Shown here: piece after piece, positions 61,795 through 64,000 of the stretch
Position numbering within the stretch: the first letter of the stretch is position 1
Layout: every line of letters starts with the position of its first letter
NCBI GenBank assembly: GCA_963666365.2
Contig: CAXXNF010000001.1
Coordinates: forward strand, 64,001-128,000
Length of the DNA: 64,000 nucleotides
Direction: 5' to 3'
Origin: Syntrophales bacterium
GTDB taxonomy: Bacteria > Desulfobacterota > Syntrophia > Syntrophales > UBA2210
Position numbers and translations under genes: made by a program
The notes under the pieces: model-generated
The model's input: the letters and a program-made list of their open reading frames with translations, nothing else
Told to the model about the DNA's origin: nothing
The model's database searches: none

Positions 61795-63564
61795 CCTGGA
61801 TTCCCGCTATCTCATAACGATGAGGGAGGAGCGACCCCGAGAATGGTGTAGAGTTCCTGTTGTTTTTTTGTGATTTCGCCCGCCCTCAAGTTTTTTCCGG
61901 GTCTGCCGAAGCATTCGATCACATCGAATTGATCCAGCAAGCCTTGAAGTGTGTACTTGCCAAACAGGTTGTTCTTCTGCATGGCTTTTTTTATACAGGA
62001 CAGATATATCAGAGCAACGAACTGCACGAACAATTTCCCCTCCAGTGATTGCTCCGACGAAACCAGCAACCTTCGCATGCTCAGGCGCTCCTTGAGATTG
62101 CCGAACGTTTTTTCTACCAGATCCTTGTTGCGGTAGACATCGAGCGCCCTGACGGGATCTTTTATTTCATTGCTGAGGAGCGCAAAGTACCCATAATTCC
62201 TTCTGGCCTCATCTATTGCCTCTTGTCTGGCAATCACCTTGATGCCTCTTGCCGGTGTTTCATGGGTTTCAAAGTATTTATCATAGAGCTTTGAGTTCTC
62301 GGGCTTCATGACGCCACCGTGCAGTTTCTGCTGGAGTGCCAGCAGGCGCCGCGTTAGTCTTTGCTCATCTTCGGCAGCCCGCTCGCTGTTGAAATACAGA
62401 TGAAGATACATCCTTCGCTCTCCCTGGATGGTATCCCCTTTATAGGGACGCTCATGGGAATAGTTCCATTTCATGGGAACGCACAGTGCAAAGACTTCAT
62501 GGCTCTCGCAGTAATTCGACCATTCACGCAGAGAATGATGAACGCTATCGAGCTGCTCTTTTACACGCTTCAAAGAAAGCCTGGCTCCAATGAGAAACTT
62601 ATGGTGCTCTTTGTACAAGTCATTGATGTTGTTGATGCTGTAGAATCCCCGATCCATGACCAGATGAACCTTCTTGAGGTTCAGGAAGTCTATGTCTGCC
62701 AGCATGTTCCTGACGGTTTTCACATCGGTGACGTTTCCCGGCAGCTTGCGATAATAAAACGGCAGGCTTGATTCCTGGCCGAATACAAGGGCCAGATTGA
62801 GTTGCGCCAGATGGTCCCGCTCCTTGTTGTAGCCATATCTGAACTGTTTCAGGCACTCCGAATAGCTTGATACAGAGGTGATATCATAGGCCCAGTATTC
62901 CTTCTCACAGCGTCTTGCGGCCTGGAGCTGAAAGAATCGATAGCGGTCCTCTTCCGTTATGGAAGCAAAGAGTTCGCTGCTTCTTTGGGATGGAATATCC
63001 TGCCCGTGCGGGTGCTGATGCAGCGAAGACCATTTCGAAAAGCGACTTAAATGGCTGTCTGCCTCAAGAATCAGATAGTAGGCAATTGAGATGATTTGTT
63101 TATAGCTGTCAGGAAAACACTGCTTCAAGTCCGAAGCCAGTCCAAGCCTTTGACCAAGGACATCGAGAAGGTAGGTGGCGCCGTAGAATTTCCGGGAGGT
63201 TTCCGTGCTCGAAACAGGGCCTCTCCTGACAGCCTTCGGGGTGGCAATCCCATTTTTTGGTTTGTTTGTTCCTTTGGTCGGCGTAATCTCTCCGGTGCTT
63301 TCATCCACTCGACCAATCAGAGTTCGTTTTGCCCGGGATTGTTTCTTTTCCTTATCCCAATGAGAAATAGATTCGTAGGCATAGGTGATACCGGATCGCT
63401 TGTCATGCTGATGTACAATGGCCATAAAACCCCCTTATCATCGTTATGTTCTAATACCTCATAACGATGATAAGGGCAAGCAAAATAACAGAATTAATTC
63501 ATAATTATTTATGGGTTACAACAAAATATTAGAAACCTATCGTTATGATCTCCGGGAATCTAGG
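61795..63564 (-). mobile_element. IS1634-family element
   Basis: Inverted ends CCTGGATTCCCG..TCATAACGAT / ATCGTTATGA..CGGGAATCTAGG around the transposase. Confidence 0.85.
61812..63425 (-). CDS. IS1634-family transposase
   Basis: YDITS, GN..DV, VMDRGFYS, Y..KD.VEK.F..LK. Confidence 0.92.
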   Translation of the reverse strand: MAIVHQHDKRSGITYAYESISHWDKEKKQSRAKRTLIGRVDESTGEITPTKGTNKPKNGIATPKAVRRGPVSSTETSRKFYGATYLLDVLGQRLGLASDLKQCFPDSYKQIISIAYYLILEADSHLSRFSKWSSLHQHPHGQDIPSQRSSELFASITEEDRYRFFQLQAARRCEKEYWAYDITSVSSYSECLKQFRYGYNKERDHLAQLNLALVFGQESSLPFYYRKLPGNVTDVKTVRNMLADIDFLNLKKVHLVMDRGFYSINNINDLYKEHHKFLIGARLSLKRVKEQLDSVHHSLREWSNYCESHEVFALCVPMKWNYSHERPYKGDTIQGERRMYLHLYFNSERAAEDEQRLTRRLLALQQKLHGGVMKPENSKLYDKYFETHETPARGIKVIARQEAIDEARRNYGYFALLSNEIKDPVRALDVYRNKDLVEKTFGNLKERLSMRRLLVSSEQSLEGKLFVQFVALIYLSCIKKAMQKNNLFGKYTLQGLLDQFDVIECFGRPGKNLRAGEITKKQQELYTILGVAPPSSL

Positions 63565-63678
63565 TTGTATGGTACGCATGGATAACCTTTCCGCCGCCAC
63601 GACAACCTCCTGTTTTTGACCGAAGATTCTAACGGCTTTTATGGATTTTATCCAGCGTCGCATATGCCGAATTCAGGG

Positions 63679-63772
63679 GGTGGCGGAATGATCATATTCC
63701 GGTGGCGGAATGAATCATATTCGGGTGGCGCGTTCCATCATATTTGGGTGGCGGAATGCGTCGGAATATCCA
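63679..63772. mobile_element. IS21-family-like terminal repeat array (orphan end)
   Basis: GGTGGCG units at 63679, 63701, 63724 and 63747 (22-23 bp period) ending ...GGAATATCCA. Confidence 0.6.
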
Positions 63773-63937
63773 CCTGCTATCTTTCGCACGCTCATGCCCG
63801 GGAACTCGCTAAAGCGTATGATCTCTCGTATCTTCTTCATGCTTATCCTTTTCCGTGCCATTTGCATCTCCTCTTCTCGCATTCACGTTCAGAGAAGATG
63901 GCATATCATCTTAATGGGAAAAGGATGTAGAGGATGA

Positions 63938-64000
63938 ATGCGTTGCATTCCGGAAATAACCCGAAAAGTGGCAAACTATCCTCCGGAATGGGTGGCAGGT
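63938..64000. mobile_element. probable terminus of another IS21-like element running off the window
   Basis: TGCGTTGCATTCCGG...GTGGCA...CCGGAATGGGTGGCA repeated motifs. Confidence 0.45.

Noticed and set aside
63679..63772. Possible CRISPR array
   Set aside because: The period is only 22-23 bp with no unique spacers and no cas genes; it fits IS terminal repeats better.

Overview
Bacterial chromosomal window. Gene content suggests an anaerobic Desulfobacterota/Syntrophales-like organism (inference). In order it carries: (1) a branched-chain amino acid cluster (3' end of leuB, leuD, leuC, leuA, cimA), where leuA and cimA each have an unannotated leader-peptide attenuator, Leu-rich and Ile-rich respectively; (2) envelope, MATE and CoA-binding genes; (3) a PAS/Cache kinase plus sigma-54 activator, divergent from a consensus sigma-54 promoter that appears to drive an orphan ATP-synthase c subunit and an output-less Cache protein; (4) a TPP-riboswitch thiamine operon with archaeal-type Thi4, a ThiD-ThiN fusion, thiamine pyrophosphokinase and a HAD hydrolase; (5) a BirA-operator biotin operon with a frameshifted bioB; (6) an ArsR-led redox cluster (triple thioredoxin-fold protein, pntAA/AB/B, NifX-like protein, permease, OYE reductase, AbfD-like enzyme); (7) a decayed octaheme tetrathionate-reductase-type cytochrome with an in-frame TGA at a conserved Cys position; (8) a frameshifted FG-GAP/BNR surface protein; (9) an IS cluster (deleted IS1182, tandem IS1202-type, IS1634, IS21-like ends). 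All calls come from motif recognition by eye; no searches were run.
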